This document shows, in pieces, positions 41,030-52,992 of a stretch of DNA of 64,000 nucleotides. This DNA comes from Lama guanicoe. Its lineage: Eukaryota. How positions within the stretch are numbered: position 1 is the first letter of the stretch; each line of letters starts with the position of its first letter. The DNA is taken from positions 1 through 64,000 of the forward strand of contig MU054323.1 in NCBI GenBank assembly GCA_013239625.1. The letters are read 5' to 3'. The notes below the pieces were generated by a model. The model ran no database searches. It saw nothing but the letters and a program-made list of their open reading frames with translations, and had not been told where the DNA came from. The position numbers and the translations under genes are program-made.

Positions 41030-41917
41030 CATGTAACGGGAAATCCAGTTCTTCCTTGCCATGTGCTTCTTCCCTGGGAGTCTCCTTTACTAAGCTCTTC
41101 ACTTCTGACATTTCACCAAAAGTATGGAGGTTTCTTCCCACACCAACGAGCAAATCTCGGACACCAGCAGTGTGTCCAAGAATTCAGCTCAGTTCTGACA
41201 CTATTTACCTGGAGACAGTATGAATCTCACAGGTTAAGAACTCAGTCTCACGAGACTAACCCCCACCACGCACACGTGCGCACGCGCATGCACACACTCT
41301 TCAGATGCCAGTCAGAAAACTCAGGTTATCGCCTGTGCTTCTGGCCAATTGGCTATCAACAGGAGATTCCAAAGTCTCCCCCTCCTTGGGCTCAATTAAT
41401 TTGATAGAGCAGCTCACAAAAATCCAGGAAACACTTATGTTTTTTGTTAAAGGATATGATAAAGGATACAGATGAGCAGCCAGATGAAAAGATGCACAGG
41501 GTGAGGTCTGGGAGGGTCCTGAGCACAGGAATGTCTGTCCCCGTGGAGATGGGGTGCAGCTCTCTCCCGGTGTGGACATGTTCACCAGCCCGGAGCTCTC
41601 AGAACCTCCTACTGTTGGCATTTTTATGGAAGCTTTCTCACATAGGTGTGATCAATTATTAATTCCACTTCCACCCCCTCTCCCCTCTCTGAAGGATGAC
41701 AGGGGTGGAACTAAAAATTCGAAGCTTCTAATCATGGCTTGGTCTTCTTGGTGACCAGGCAGCGTCCAGGAGTCATCCAGGGGCCCACTCAGAGCTGCCT
41801 CATTAGAACAAAAAATGCTCCCAGTACTTATCAGCTAGGAAATTACAAGGGTTTTAGAAGCCCTGTGCCAGGAACCCGGGGCAAAACCAATACACATATT
41901 TTTCCTTTTATCTCGCA
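41030..41917 (-). mobile_element. Solo LTR, MER21-like, inserted in an L2 3' end
   Basis: Minus strand begins TGCGAGATAAAAGG..GGTTCCTGGCACAGGGCTTCTAAAACCCTTGTAATTTCCT..AAGACCAAGCCATGATTAGAAGCTT; an L2 tail (CCTGGCACA..TTGTTGAATAAATGAA) resumes after it; left boundary approximate. Confidence 0.72.
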
Positions 41918-43004
41918 GATGCTATGTACATCCCTGCCAAATCCCCAGAGTTTATAACAGTACCTGGCACAAAGCAGAGCACAAATATTTATTATTTGTT
42001 GAATAAATGAAAAACTTCCCAAAAAGCCTTTTTTACACACTGTCTCTCCCAAGAACTTCTCTTCACAGCAGTTTTGGGTTTTGTTGTTGGTGGGGGTGAT
42101 GGTGGTTTCTTTTTTTTAATCAAATCCTCAATCTCAAACACCAGACATCTCTTCTCCCTCTCTGGCTGGAGCCTCATGGCGGAGCCCCAGGGAGCACTTG
42201 TTACAGCATGTGCTGCCAATTATGAAGAGGCAGGAACGCCAATCATTCGGATAGAATACAGTGTGGGGGGTGGCCCCTGGAGTTGTACTCAGTACTGCCC
42301 TCTCCCATTTCTACACCCCACGTCTCCTTGGCTCTTTATTCCTCTTCCCTGGCTCATCCTTTCTCAGATAGAAACTGAGATCACTTTCTACTTTGTTCAG
42401 TTTCTTCACCACCTTCACCTGATCAGCAAGATTGCAGTCAGGAGGTAACAGGCTAAGCTGACAGAGGCTGCTTCCTTCTTGGCTGGTGTTAGGAGACAGC
42501 CACAAACACGTCATCAAGAATTTGTATCTCTCTCACCATCATCACACTGTGTAGACTGCTTTCCCCATCGTCACCCTTACCCCATTTACCATAGGAAACA
42601 GGAAACAAGACCATGCTGGTTGGACCTCCAGGGGCTTCTGTTTTGAAGGAACAGAAGCACAGGCAGAAACAGCACTATTTGGAAAGTGACTGGACATTTA
42701 ACTTAGAGCAGCTGCTGGAAGGAAAATTCTACCACCAGGGGTGCTCGGAGAAGATAGATAGGCAGGTTTTAAAGCTTTCACCATCACTATTCAAAATCCA
42801 GAATATTCCTGAGAGCGGAAGAAGGTGGTAAGAATACGTGTCCTGAAAAGAACCCCAGATGGAGGCCATCAGAAATGGGGGTTGGAAAGAAAAGGCAGAG
42901 AGGTGATCAAAGCTCGTCAAAGTTCAGCTGAGTCAGAGGATTAGGATGATTTAAGACAGGTTGGGTGGCTGAAGCCAAACGGCTAGTGGATCTTATTTAC
43001 AGCA

Positions 43005-43129
43005 ATTAATTAGTTGTCCAAACTGAGACATTTTTGAGAGCAAAAGGGGGTGATTTTTTAAAAATTATTATGCCAGGAAGACAGGCATGAAACGGAACTG
43101 TCCTAGACAAACACATGATGGTCACACTA
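43005..43129. mobile_element. hAT-Blackjack relic (MER94-like)
   Basis: GTCCAAACTGAGACATTTTTGAGAG..AAAGGGGG..ATGGTCACACTA resembles the recalled MER94 consensus. Confidence 0.55.
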
Positions 43130-46100
43130 ATCATACACAGGAGAGTGGCTGATTTAAGGAAGAGACCGTAGGCAGTTCATGAAGCCATCAAGACTCTTAG
43201 CCATCATCCTCTCTGCTTTTCCTCCCTCATGCTCACAGTGACAGCTGGCATGTGTCTGCCCAGCCTTTTGCATTTGGAGAATTGGTCCACTGCCCTTCCT
43301 TCACTCAGTCAGGTCATTCTCTTGGGCTTACCAATCCCTAAACTCCTTCCTTCCTCTAAGCCTGCCCACTCTAGGAGCCCCCTTCCCCTGACTTCAAGCA
43401 TTGGGCAGAGAGTTCTTCCCTGAGTTTTTTTTTTTTTTTTTAAGATATCAGTGGAGAAAAAAAGCACCTTTCCCTTTTGAATCAAGCATTTGAAGAATAC
43501 AAATTGGGAGTTGTCAGCAGCCGTCGTATTCACTCTCAAGGGAAAGCCTGTCTGCTTGGTAAGAGAATGAAACCAACACGCTGAAGAAAAACAGGAGAAA
43601 TAAAGACTTCATCTGATATTAGCATGCCTGAAACTAGTAACACCTGCATGCTTCCATCCTCCCAGTTAAGTGAGCTAGAGCATTTACCTGAAGCTAATTT
43701 GAGTTTCAGTGTTTTGAAACCACTTCTCTCTTGACATTTCGACCAGCGGATTTTGTGGATGGATCTAATTTAGAATCTGTAGCATATGAATGTCTGCAGT
43801 GTTGCTTCTGAGTTGAGTTATTAGTTAATAATACATTGATAGTTGGCACTGACAGTGTTCATGGCTTGCAAATCTTCCGTCCTCACAGTCACTGCTGATG
43901 TGGATAAACAGAAACCCTAGAGAGATTCAGTTCCCCATTTCACAGATAAGGAAACGGAAGCTCAGAGAATTTCAAGGTCATAATGGAGCCAAACTTCAAG
44001 CACAGTTCTTCAGGTCCTGGTGTTGCACGCCTTCGTTCATACCACAGCACAGCACAGGGCTCACATGAAACAGTTAGATGGTTGAAAGTAGAAATGCACT
44101 GTCTTGGAAGACCAGAGGTACCAACATGTGGGATGGGAGTATTACCACCCTGTTCTGTCGGGGAGAAATTAAATATATCATCTGTGAATTTGGTCACCAG
44201 GTACGACTATGGCCATCTAACCAGCTTCTTAATTTGGCTGGAAGGTCCTAGTCTGGTTTGAAGATATTTTAAGTCATGAATAAGTCATTCTAAGAGGAAA
44301 AACATTATGTTTTCCAAATAACAAATCCAAAGATAACTCTGTGAGGTACTTGGGGGAAATAAGGCTGAAATAAAAATTGAAGCAATTCCGAAATAGGCAT
44401 AATCATAATAATGGAGGCACTTTGTGTATTGACTGTGCTCCAAGCACTGGTCAGGTACTTTGTTATACCTGTTTAAGGCTCTCTTTACAGTGTTGCAGGG
44501 AAAGGGTTAATATCCCTATAAATGAGGAAACTGAGGTTCTGAATCACTGTCACCCAAACAAGGCTACACACAGGTCATAGTGAAGCCAGAATCAAAACAC
44601 AGGTTTTGTTTAATATTCAAATTACTAATAGAGAAGGTACTTTGATATATCCATTTTAAAGAGAAGTAACAGATGTTTTTATAAGCCTTTGATGAAAGGA
44701 AGAAAAAAAATAGAAAATTTCCCCCATTTTTTCCTATTCTCATAAGGTAACGAGTACAAATCAATTGGACTAAAATATATTCTCCTGCACTTTGCTGACG
44801 GCCATAGACATTACTACCCTAGAACCAGACAAAAATTACTTAACAATATCTCACGTAAAGGAATCAGTTTTCTCCTCTTAATTCTTTCAAGTAGAGGCAT
44901 TGTTAAGTGAGAGGTTCATTTTGTAGACACTCAGCATGTTCACTCCCATCAGCTAAACAGCCCGTTAAGCCAAAAGCCATGAACAATCCTGCACTTAACC
45001 CTTTATGCTTCTGTATATTAGAGACCTCAGAGACTGGTCCAGCATATGAAGTTGCTTTCAATGCAATTTGAAATTGCATAATAAAATTGAACTTGACATT
45101 TAAATGCTGCTGTTATGGACGTCTTACATTGGTACTTGATTGAATGGTAAACTCCTTATGCATTCAATGGTAGCTCTTTATGAAGAGAATAAATTTTAAT
45201 CGTAATAATAAAATAATATGGAGAGCAACTCAAGACACTCTATTTCCTCCAGAATGCTTGAAGAGTCCCAGTCAATCCTTCTATAAATATTCTAAGACTG
45301 CCATAAGACCTCTTGGCAGGCAAATAGACTTCATAAAGTTCAGGCATGGTATTAGCTAAGAAGAAATCTCGAGCCCCTTACTTAGAGCTCCTTGGCTTTA
45401 ATTCACTGCCCGATTCACACAGGCCATTTTCCCCCATCTTCCTCACTCATCAATCACATGGAACAAGAAACTGCAGAAAAGGCCTTACCAGGGACACATG
45501 CAGTTACAAGCGCAAAAAAATGAGCAGCAAGTATAGAGATGAGCAAATAAAGTGGTAAAAAAGTTAAAAATCTATTGGTAAATTAATCAATCGTAGACAT
45601 TGGTTTTATTTGGTTTAAAAGCAAAAGTAGATGATCTGTAATATGCTTGGGGCATCAAAAAATAAAATGGATTAATGGCTAGTTTGAGGATGAATAAATG
45701 GAAAGATACATGATAAAACAAGGGTGGAAATATTAATAGTAGAACCTTGGTGGTGAGTACCTGAGTGTCCGTTGTGCAATCCTTTCAACTTTGCTATATA
45801 TGAAAACTTTCATAATAAAATATTGGGGGGAAAGGTAAATCTATAACTTTCTATAGCACAAACAAGGGATATGGGAGGGAGGGCCCAATGAACGTGTGAT
45901 AAAGACCCTTCCGTTTGGGAGCAAGATTGAGATTCTAAATAACTCCTGATTGTGGTAGGGAAATATACTGTTAATTACATATCTTTAAAAGAAATACAAC
46001 ACACAGCTTCCAAGCCACAGAGTGAAATTTAAAAAATTAAAAAGCTGTCAATTTGAGACAGGGGAGGACAGACTAAGTAAGCAACTATAAATGAGGATAA

Positions 46101-46664
46101 AGAGAAAATTCTTGCATTGGGATAAGATGGTACAATCACGATTAGGCTAACACAACAGCGCACACTCAGACACACATCCACACGAATACCTCACACGCAC
46201 ACCATGCTCTCGCCTTGACACATGAAGAGCAATCTCAGAAGTCTGGAATATAATTTCTTCCCTGCTTCTTTTATTTGTTTCAATCAGTCATTGCATCTTC
46301 AAATATTGCCTGGACACCATTCTCTTTAGACAGACGTTGGAATTCTGTAGCTCCTTGTAACACAAGCTCCTTCTTGTGCTTTTTATTTTTGTGTGTTTCT
46401 GTTCTGTACTCAGTATAATGCCTTCATATCTCTCAGTTTGCTAGTTCACTTGTCAGCTTCGTCTATATTTAATCTTTTCACTCAGTTTTTCAGATCAATT
46501 ATTATAGATAATCTTATTTCTAGAAGTTCTTTTTAAAATTCAAATACACTGGTCATTTAGTTGGATTATTATTTCTTATTTATGCTTCAGTTCCTGCTTT
46601 TAGAAACACATCAAACGTAATTCATATTCTCAGCCTGATATTTCTGATACTACTTTTTAAAATA

Positions 46665-46819
46665 TTTTTATTTAGTTTTGTTTTTTGTTTTTTGGGGGGT
46701 GTGGGAGGTAATAAGGTTTATTTATTTATATTAACTTTTTTTTAATGATGGTACTGAGGATTGAACCCAGGACCTTGTCCATGCTAAGCATACACTTTAC
46801 CACTGAGCTATACCCTCCC
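46665..46819 (-). mobile_element. tRNA-derived SINE (Vic-type)
   Basis: Minus strand GGGAGGGTATAGCTCAGTGGTAAAGTGTATGCTTAGCATGGACAAGGTCCTGGGTTCAATCCTCAGTACC plus A-rich tail. Confidence 0.85.
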
Positions 46820-47327
46820 TCAAACACTTGAAGTTTTTAAGGATTTTTTTGTCCCTGCTGACTCTTTCTCAAGGTGCTTGTTTCTTTATGTAGTGTGTGT
46901 GTGTATGTGTGTTATCGATCACTCATGTGCCTTGAATACCACCTGTGAGCATTTTTTGGAGGCCTGGGTTAAGAGGGTGCCCTCGCCCTGGGAAGACTTG
47001 CCTTCATTTTTGCAGATCACCTGTGGGACTAAGGTTCTATATTTCAGATGTTACAAATAATGTAAATTCAGCCCCCAAACTTGCAAGAGGGTCAGACTGT
47101 GGTCACAAATTCTCAAAAGAGACCTTTACATCCACTTACATTCCAGGCCTGGCAGACAAATTTATTTGCTGTCTGCCTCCGTTTTATGAGATTTATTTTT
47201 AATTGTGTAGCTCTTCCTGGGTCCTACCTTTACGTAAGGCCATCAGTGATCCAACTCCCCTCCTTTCACAGGCCCAAGGCTTTGACCCCAGAGCCCCCAC
47301 CCACCCCACCCACCTCCACATCAGCCC

Positions 47328-47391
47328 TGAAGTCAGAGCCCCGCCCCTGCCGCAGCTGGTGAAGTCAGAGCCCCGCCCCTGCCGCAGCTGG
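47328..47391. repeat. Perfect 32-bp tandem duplication
   Basis: TGAAGTCAGAGCCCCGCCCCTGCCGCAGCTGG x2. Confidence 0.97.
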
Positions 47392-48451
47392 TGGCCGCGC
47401 TGCCTGCCTCTTCTGGGGGTTCTCCTGCTTGTTCCTGGGACTCGAGGTGTCCTTTACCTTCTCTCAGACTCATCCATTCATTTTCAAAGTTGTGTATTTG
47501 TTTCTACATTTTAGCCAGCACTCTTGGTGTTTGTGAGAATCTTTCAGGACGTCTTGTCTGATACATTTGCTGGAATGAAACACTGAACTTCACAGTGGGA
47601 GACACAAAGGGGGAGGCATTCTCCCCAGCTCTGCCACCAACAGCCGAGCAGCTCACAGGCGCACAGACACGGCTCTGAGAGCCGGCGACCAGCAGTATCC
47701 AAAAGGAATGGGCTTATTTGCCAACATGTTTAAAACGCCTCTGGGGCTCCCCAGAAATATCTGGTAGGGGAGCTGACAAAATGACTGAGGGTCACGTGTC
47801 ATTGACTGGGAACAAGACCAGTGAAATTACAACGTTTCATGTTCCAGTGATGACTGCCATTCACATGCCCAGACCGGGGATGCCTAGGGAGCCTCAAATA
47901 ACCCCAGTAATTCAAAACTTCAAAAGGCAACTACATAACCAAAATGCTGTGATTCTCTGTGGACAGGGACAATGGCTTTTTAATCTCTGTAAACCCAGCT
48001 TGAAGGAAGGCTCTGAATACATTTTTATTGACTCCATGAATTATTCATGGTTATGTTGACACTGTGACAGATTAACCCTTTTTGCTTAAAAGGGAGATTG
48101 TAACTTTAGGAAATCACTTATTTTCTCCAGCAAAATAAGATAGGCTCAAGGAAAATTTCTCTCAATAAACAGATCATTCATGAGCTATGATTTTTTTTTC
48201 ACTGCTGTTGTAATGAAATTAGGGTCGAGTCCTTTAGTTTACCCTTGAGTTGCCTGCAGTGGAAACCCACAGTGGAAATATTCACCCACAGAAGACAGAT
48301 TCAATGAAGCTGACGAGGAATGAATCATGATCAGATTTTTATTTTATATTATTCTGGTGATTTTGTGAAGCATGGACTTGTGTAGGCACCATTAACAGGC
48401 TTTCAGCACTGATCATGTCACTGTCTTGCTTAAAATTTGCTTCACGCACAA

Positions 48452-48634
48452 CAGTGGTTCTCACACTAAAGTCCCAGGCCAGCAGCACCAGCATCGCTGG
48501 GAACTTGTGAGAAATGCAAATGAAAGGTTTAACCCCAGACTCACTGGATCAATCTCTGGGGAGGAGGGCCCCACATCTGCAGTTCAACAAGCCCTCCAGG
48601 TGATTTGGATGCACACTGAGGCTGAGAGCCGCTG
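48452..48634. mobile_element. MER5A-like hAT element
   Basis: CAGTGGTTCTCA..CAGCAGCACCAGCATC..GGGAACTTGTGAGAAATGCAAAT..AACAAGCCCTCCAGGTGAT..TGAGAGCCGCTG. Confidence 0.82.
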
Positions 48635-48784
48635 ATCTACCAGGTCTTCTTAATCTGACATACACGGTCCTCCCTGATCTAGTTCAGGTGCAAACTCTTT
48701 CACCTGATTTCTGTCCATTTTAGGATTTGAACTTGACGTCTGAAAAATGGAGAAATATTTTTTATTTCCAGGTGTGGTAGTCCA

Positions 48785-48832
48785 TCCCCAAAATTTCCCT
48801 CCCCAAAATTTCCCTCCCCAAAATTTCCCTCC
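48785..48832. repeat. Perfect 15-bp tandem triplication
   Basis: TCCCCAAAATTTCCC x3 plus TCC. Confidence 0.97.
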
Positions 48833-48939
48833 AATGATCCTGAACACCTTGTATCCACACCTTGGTATTTCCCTCCACATGGAACAGGACTGGTCTCTGT
48901 AATCAGTAGGCTGTTGTGGTTGAAGTGGCGTGAAGCACA

Positions 48940-50260
48940 AAGGCATGGGAGTATGTGATGGGTAGGGGAAGAAGGTAATTACAAATACCAGCTACGACCA
49001 CACGAACAGTTTCAGAAATGTGGACTATAACTGTCATGAGTGTTTCTTCCTTATTTTGTTATGAATGTGGGAGATATATATATATATATTTACACACATA
49101 GGGCAAATAGCTTTATTTCCTTCCCTTTCTTATGCCTTTATCATGTAACATAAGGTGTATTTACTTTATGCCATATTTAAGTATTGATAACTTTACATCA
49201 TGGTATTCAAGGTACAAGATATCAAGAAGAGTAAACATCATGCAAGGACCTTGCATCCTCGTTAGTTAGTTTTCAGTTGTGCACAGGATAGTTGTACCAT
49301 GTTAGGTAGAAGTAGGTTCTTGTCTCACTGCAGAAGGAATTCAGAGATGAGACACAGAGGTCAAGAAAGTAAAGTAAGGATTTATTAAACAATAGATAGG
49401 ATGCTCTCAAGGGGAGAGCAGACGGACTCAGGTGAGTACCGGCCCTGTTTCTTTGGCAAGCTGGTTACATAAGGTGTAAAAATGAACGAGCAGAATATTC
49501 ACTGGAGAGAGAGGGGTTTGGGGTCATATTCGCTGATGTTCATCCCAGTGCCACCTTCCTGAGGGGAGAAGGGAAGTTTGTCCTTATTTAATCCAGACCG
49601 GAAGTGTCACGGCATTGGTGTGTGATGGGTACCACTTATCTGCAAGGCTAATTTTATTGTAATGAGGGCATGATAAGCAAAAGGTTACATTTCAGATGCC
49701 AGAGAGTCCTGCCTTTTCCCAACTGTCTTTGTCTGCCTCCAGGACATTTTCCACCCCAAAATATGTGGTTTACTATTAGTCTGGAGGTTCCTGCTTTCCT
49801 CTCTCGGCCCAAGGACCCTGGTTGTTCACAAGATGTTTGTTTCCTGCCGTTTGGCCCGTGACCCCCCTTCTCTGCTCATATTTAGCTATCTGCCTGCTCT
49901 AACATCTTTATTTGGAGATTAGCATGATTTAAGGAGATATATATGGGTGCTAAGTTGACAAGGGGTGGACTTGTGATGGTTAATTTTATGTATCAGTTTG
50001 TCTGAGTAAAGTTGGGCCTTGTCCAATCAGTTGATGGCTTGATGACCTCCCCCAAGCAAGAGGAAATTCTGCCAGCAGACAGCCTTTGATTTGATCTGCA
50101 TTATCAGCAATTCCTGGTTCTCCAGTCTGACAGCCCACCCTGTAGATTTTGAACTTGCCAACCTCCTTAATGGCTTGTGCCAATTTCTTAAAATAAATCT
50201 CTTTCTCTACATCTACACATCCTATTCGTTCTATGTCTGTGGAGAGCTCTAATCCATGGC
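48940..50260 (+). mobile_element. ERVL internal 3' end, polypurine tract and MLT2-like LTR
   Basis: TTGACAAGGGGTGGAC (PPT) is followed almost directly by TGTGATGGTTAATTTTATGT at about 49972; 3' part CCAATTTCTTAAAATAAATCTCT; interrupted by a second LTR. Confidence 0.78.
49300..49904 (-). mobile_element. Younger solo LTR nested in the ERVL sequence
   Basis: TGTTAG..CTAACA inverted termini; TTTATT (minus-strand AATAAA) at 49381; ERVL sequence resumes at 49905; left boundary uncertain by about 25 bp. Confidence 0.65.
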
Positions 50261-50269
50261 CATGCCAAT

Positions 50270-50765
50270 TTATACCCAGTCCCACAATCTTTTCTTACAA
50301 TAAAATGTTGACATTCCCCCTTTAAGTGGTGGAATCTATGATCCCCTTGAACCTGGTAGACCTTGGTAACTGCCTCACTTAGAATGAGGAGGAAGTGACC
50401 CAACCCTGCTTGACCTCTGAAGCTTGGTCATTAAAGAACACAGGTTTCTTGGGATGCTGCCTTGGAAATACAACCACCACGTTCCGAGAAAGCCCAGGCC
50501 ACACGGAGAAGCCACGTCTGGCGAACAACCCCAGCGAGGGTTTACGCAACACAAGCATCAACTGTGTCTTGTGAGTGGAGGAACCTTCACATGATTCTAC
50601 CCCCTAGCCTTCAAGTATTTCCGTTGAGATGCTAATTGTTAAGAAACAGAGCTAAGCCATTCCTGCTGTGCCCTGTAAGCTCATGGATTCTATGAGCGTG
50701 ACAAAGGCAGGGTTTGTGCCACGACATTTCAGGGAATTTGTCATGCAGCCATAGTAACTGGAACA
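50270..50765 (+). mobile_element. MaLR LTR (MLT1-type)
   Basis: GGTGGAATCTATGATCCCCTTGAACCTGG..GGAAGTGAC..TTTGTCATGCAGCCATAGTAACTGGAACA. Confidence 0.68.
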
Positions 50766-51947
50766 TCACTATTCAGAGCTACACTTGAGGGAGGCTTCAC
50801 GAATTCCCAGTCTCATTATTGCCACATCATGGGAACCTATGACCAGGCAATAGACATTTCCATACTCAGAATTCTTTTCTCCAGGCATTTTAAAGAAGTC
50901 TTGACCATCCTTTTTACCACCCCCTGCTTCATTAAATACAGCAAGTGGTCTCATTTCAGTCTGTTTTAAATAAAAAATTACAGATCTTGGGAACAAAGGA
51001 TCCGTTTCACAGATAGGAAGACAGTGCAGTGAAGCAAGGACCGTGGGAGGGGGGCTGGGAAAGCAAGCCTGCACCCTGGCTGCAGCTGCAGAATGGGTCT
51101 CTTCGGCAGGTAATGGAACTCAGGGGTCCTGGCAGGTTCTGGGCATCTGGATTCCGAATATCTGTCTGGTGCACAGTCTGTTCTTAAACACCCAGAACCT
51201 CCAGGCCACATTCTCTTACTCAGACTCCAAGTATGGCACCACTTCCCCAGGAGCCATCAGCGTCCAGCGCAGGGGCTGACGAGCGCTCAGAGTGGCAGGC
51301 GTTGGGGAGGGAGGGCAATTCATGCCTGCCGGCCAGTGAGCACCCAGCTGTAAATCGTGTCCCTGCCTGGCTTGCTTATAATGAGACCGACACCGTTAGT
51401 GAGATCTCTTTTTCTGTTTTACAGTCCCTCTGAAACTCATCCGAGCTGTCCTTTGTCTCCTGCTTCCCATATATCTGGAGTGATGGACTTTATGGCCACT
51501 TCCTCAGGGGATAGAGAGTTATAGATTCTCTGGATTTATGTCTGTTTGCTGGGCCCCCTCTGGTCCCTGCACCATAAGGTGAACGCTGGGGCAGGCAGAA
51601 TGATGTTGCATTCTAATAGATCTGGACCAGTTTCTGACAGCTTATTTTGACAAAAGCATAAAATTCAATGATTGTTGCTCAGCTCAGAAGCTGTAGGAAA
51701 TTCAGAGGGGAAAAAAAAAAGAGGATGTTTAAATGTGAGCCTCCCTCTCTCCAAACTGCTCTCTGAGTCAGGTAAACTGTGAAAAACAGGGTGAGCTAAG
51801 CCAACAAACTTAATGAAAACAATGGCTGGTTTAGAAGGAACATGATTTATCCCAGAGGATGCTGGACGAACATGCTTTTTTTCCTGGTATTGGAAGATTA
51901 CCACCTGCTACTTGAACAAATAAGGGGTCTTCTAGGGAAGCAGGAGC

Positions 51948-52451
51948 TGTGGAAGGCAGCCTCTAAGCTGGCCCCCCAGTGATCCTTGTCTCCGGTACTC
52001 ATGCCTTTGTGTGTTTCCAACACTGAATAGGCCTCTGTGACTAATAAGATATGGCAGAAGTGATAGTGTGACTTTGATGGCTAGACCATAAATGATATCA
52101 CTCACTCTGCTTTGTTCTATAGGATTGCTGATTTCAGTGGCAAGGGAGGGGTGTGGGAGGCCCCAGCAGCCAGATCATGAAAACGTTCTGCCAGCCCTGG
52201 AAGTGGTCCCTGTGGAGAAGAGAGGCCTCCTGCTAACTGCCACGCAGTCACAAGAGCGAGTGACCTTTACAAGGTGATTGCAATCCCGGCCAGCAGCTTG
52301 GCTACAACAGCAAGAATAGCCCCAAGTGGACGTGCCCAGCCGAGCTGCCCCTGAATTCCCACTCCACAGAAACTGTGAGCAATAATAAATGTTTACTGTT
52401 TTAAGTCACTAAATTTGGGGGTAACTTGTTTTGTAGCAATAGATAACTGCA
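51948..52451 (+). mobile_element. MaLR LTR (MLT1E/F-like)
   Basis: TGTGGAAGGCAGCCTCTAAGCTGGCCCCC..AATAAATGTTTACTGTTTTAAGTCACTAAATTTGGGG..GCAATAGATAAC. Confidence 0.8.
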
Positions 52452-52469
52452 CCCTGGCTAGATAAATTA

Positions 52470-52910
52470 GGATTAGGTTTGGTTGTTAGGGACAGAAAAC
52501 CCCAAACAAAGAAGACAGATGTTTATTTTCCTCTCATGTAAGAAATCTGAAGTCCCAGTTCTGGCTGGTATGGTGCTAGTTGATGCCAGGGACTCAAGCT
52601 TCTCTCTTATTGTTCTGCCATCCTCAATATATGGCTTTTTTTTCATAGTCCAATATGGCTGCTCAAGCCCCAGCCATTGCAGCCCCATTCCAGCAACAGG
52701 ATGGAGGAAGAGCAAGACAGATGCACCAGCTCCATTAAGGGCATATCTGTTTCTATGCCGTGGGCCAGAACACAGGCAGATAGCCATATCTGGCAACTGC
52801 GGGGCTGGGAAGTAGGGTCGTTATTCTAGGAAGCCAAAGGTCCAACTTAACATAAAAAAATTTAAGGAAAAAGAGAAATAAACATTGGAGCAAACTAGCA
52901 GTATCTGTTA
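52470..52910 (-). mobile_element. Old MaLR LTR (MLT1J-like), reverse orientation
   Basis: GTTTATTTTCCTCTCATGTAAGAA, CAATATGGCTGCTC..CCAGCCAT..CATTCCAG, GGCCAGAAC..GGGCTGGGAA motifs. Confidence 0.6.
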
Positions 52911-52992
52911 GCTCGGGATTAGCATCAAGCAGGATTTGCTGCATGTTGCAGGTGAATCTGAATAACAATTAGGAGTTTGCCAAGAAGATAGG

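Noticed and set aside
47328..48832. Short direct repeats as a possible CRISPR-like array
   Set aside because: Units are directly adjacent with no spacers, only 2-3 copies, in a mammalian context with no cas genes.
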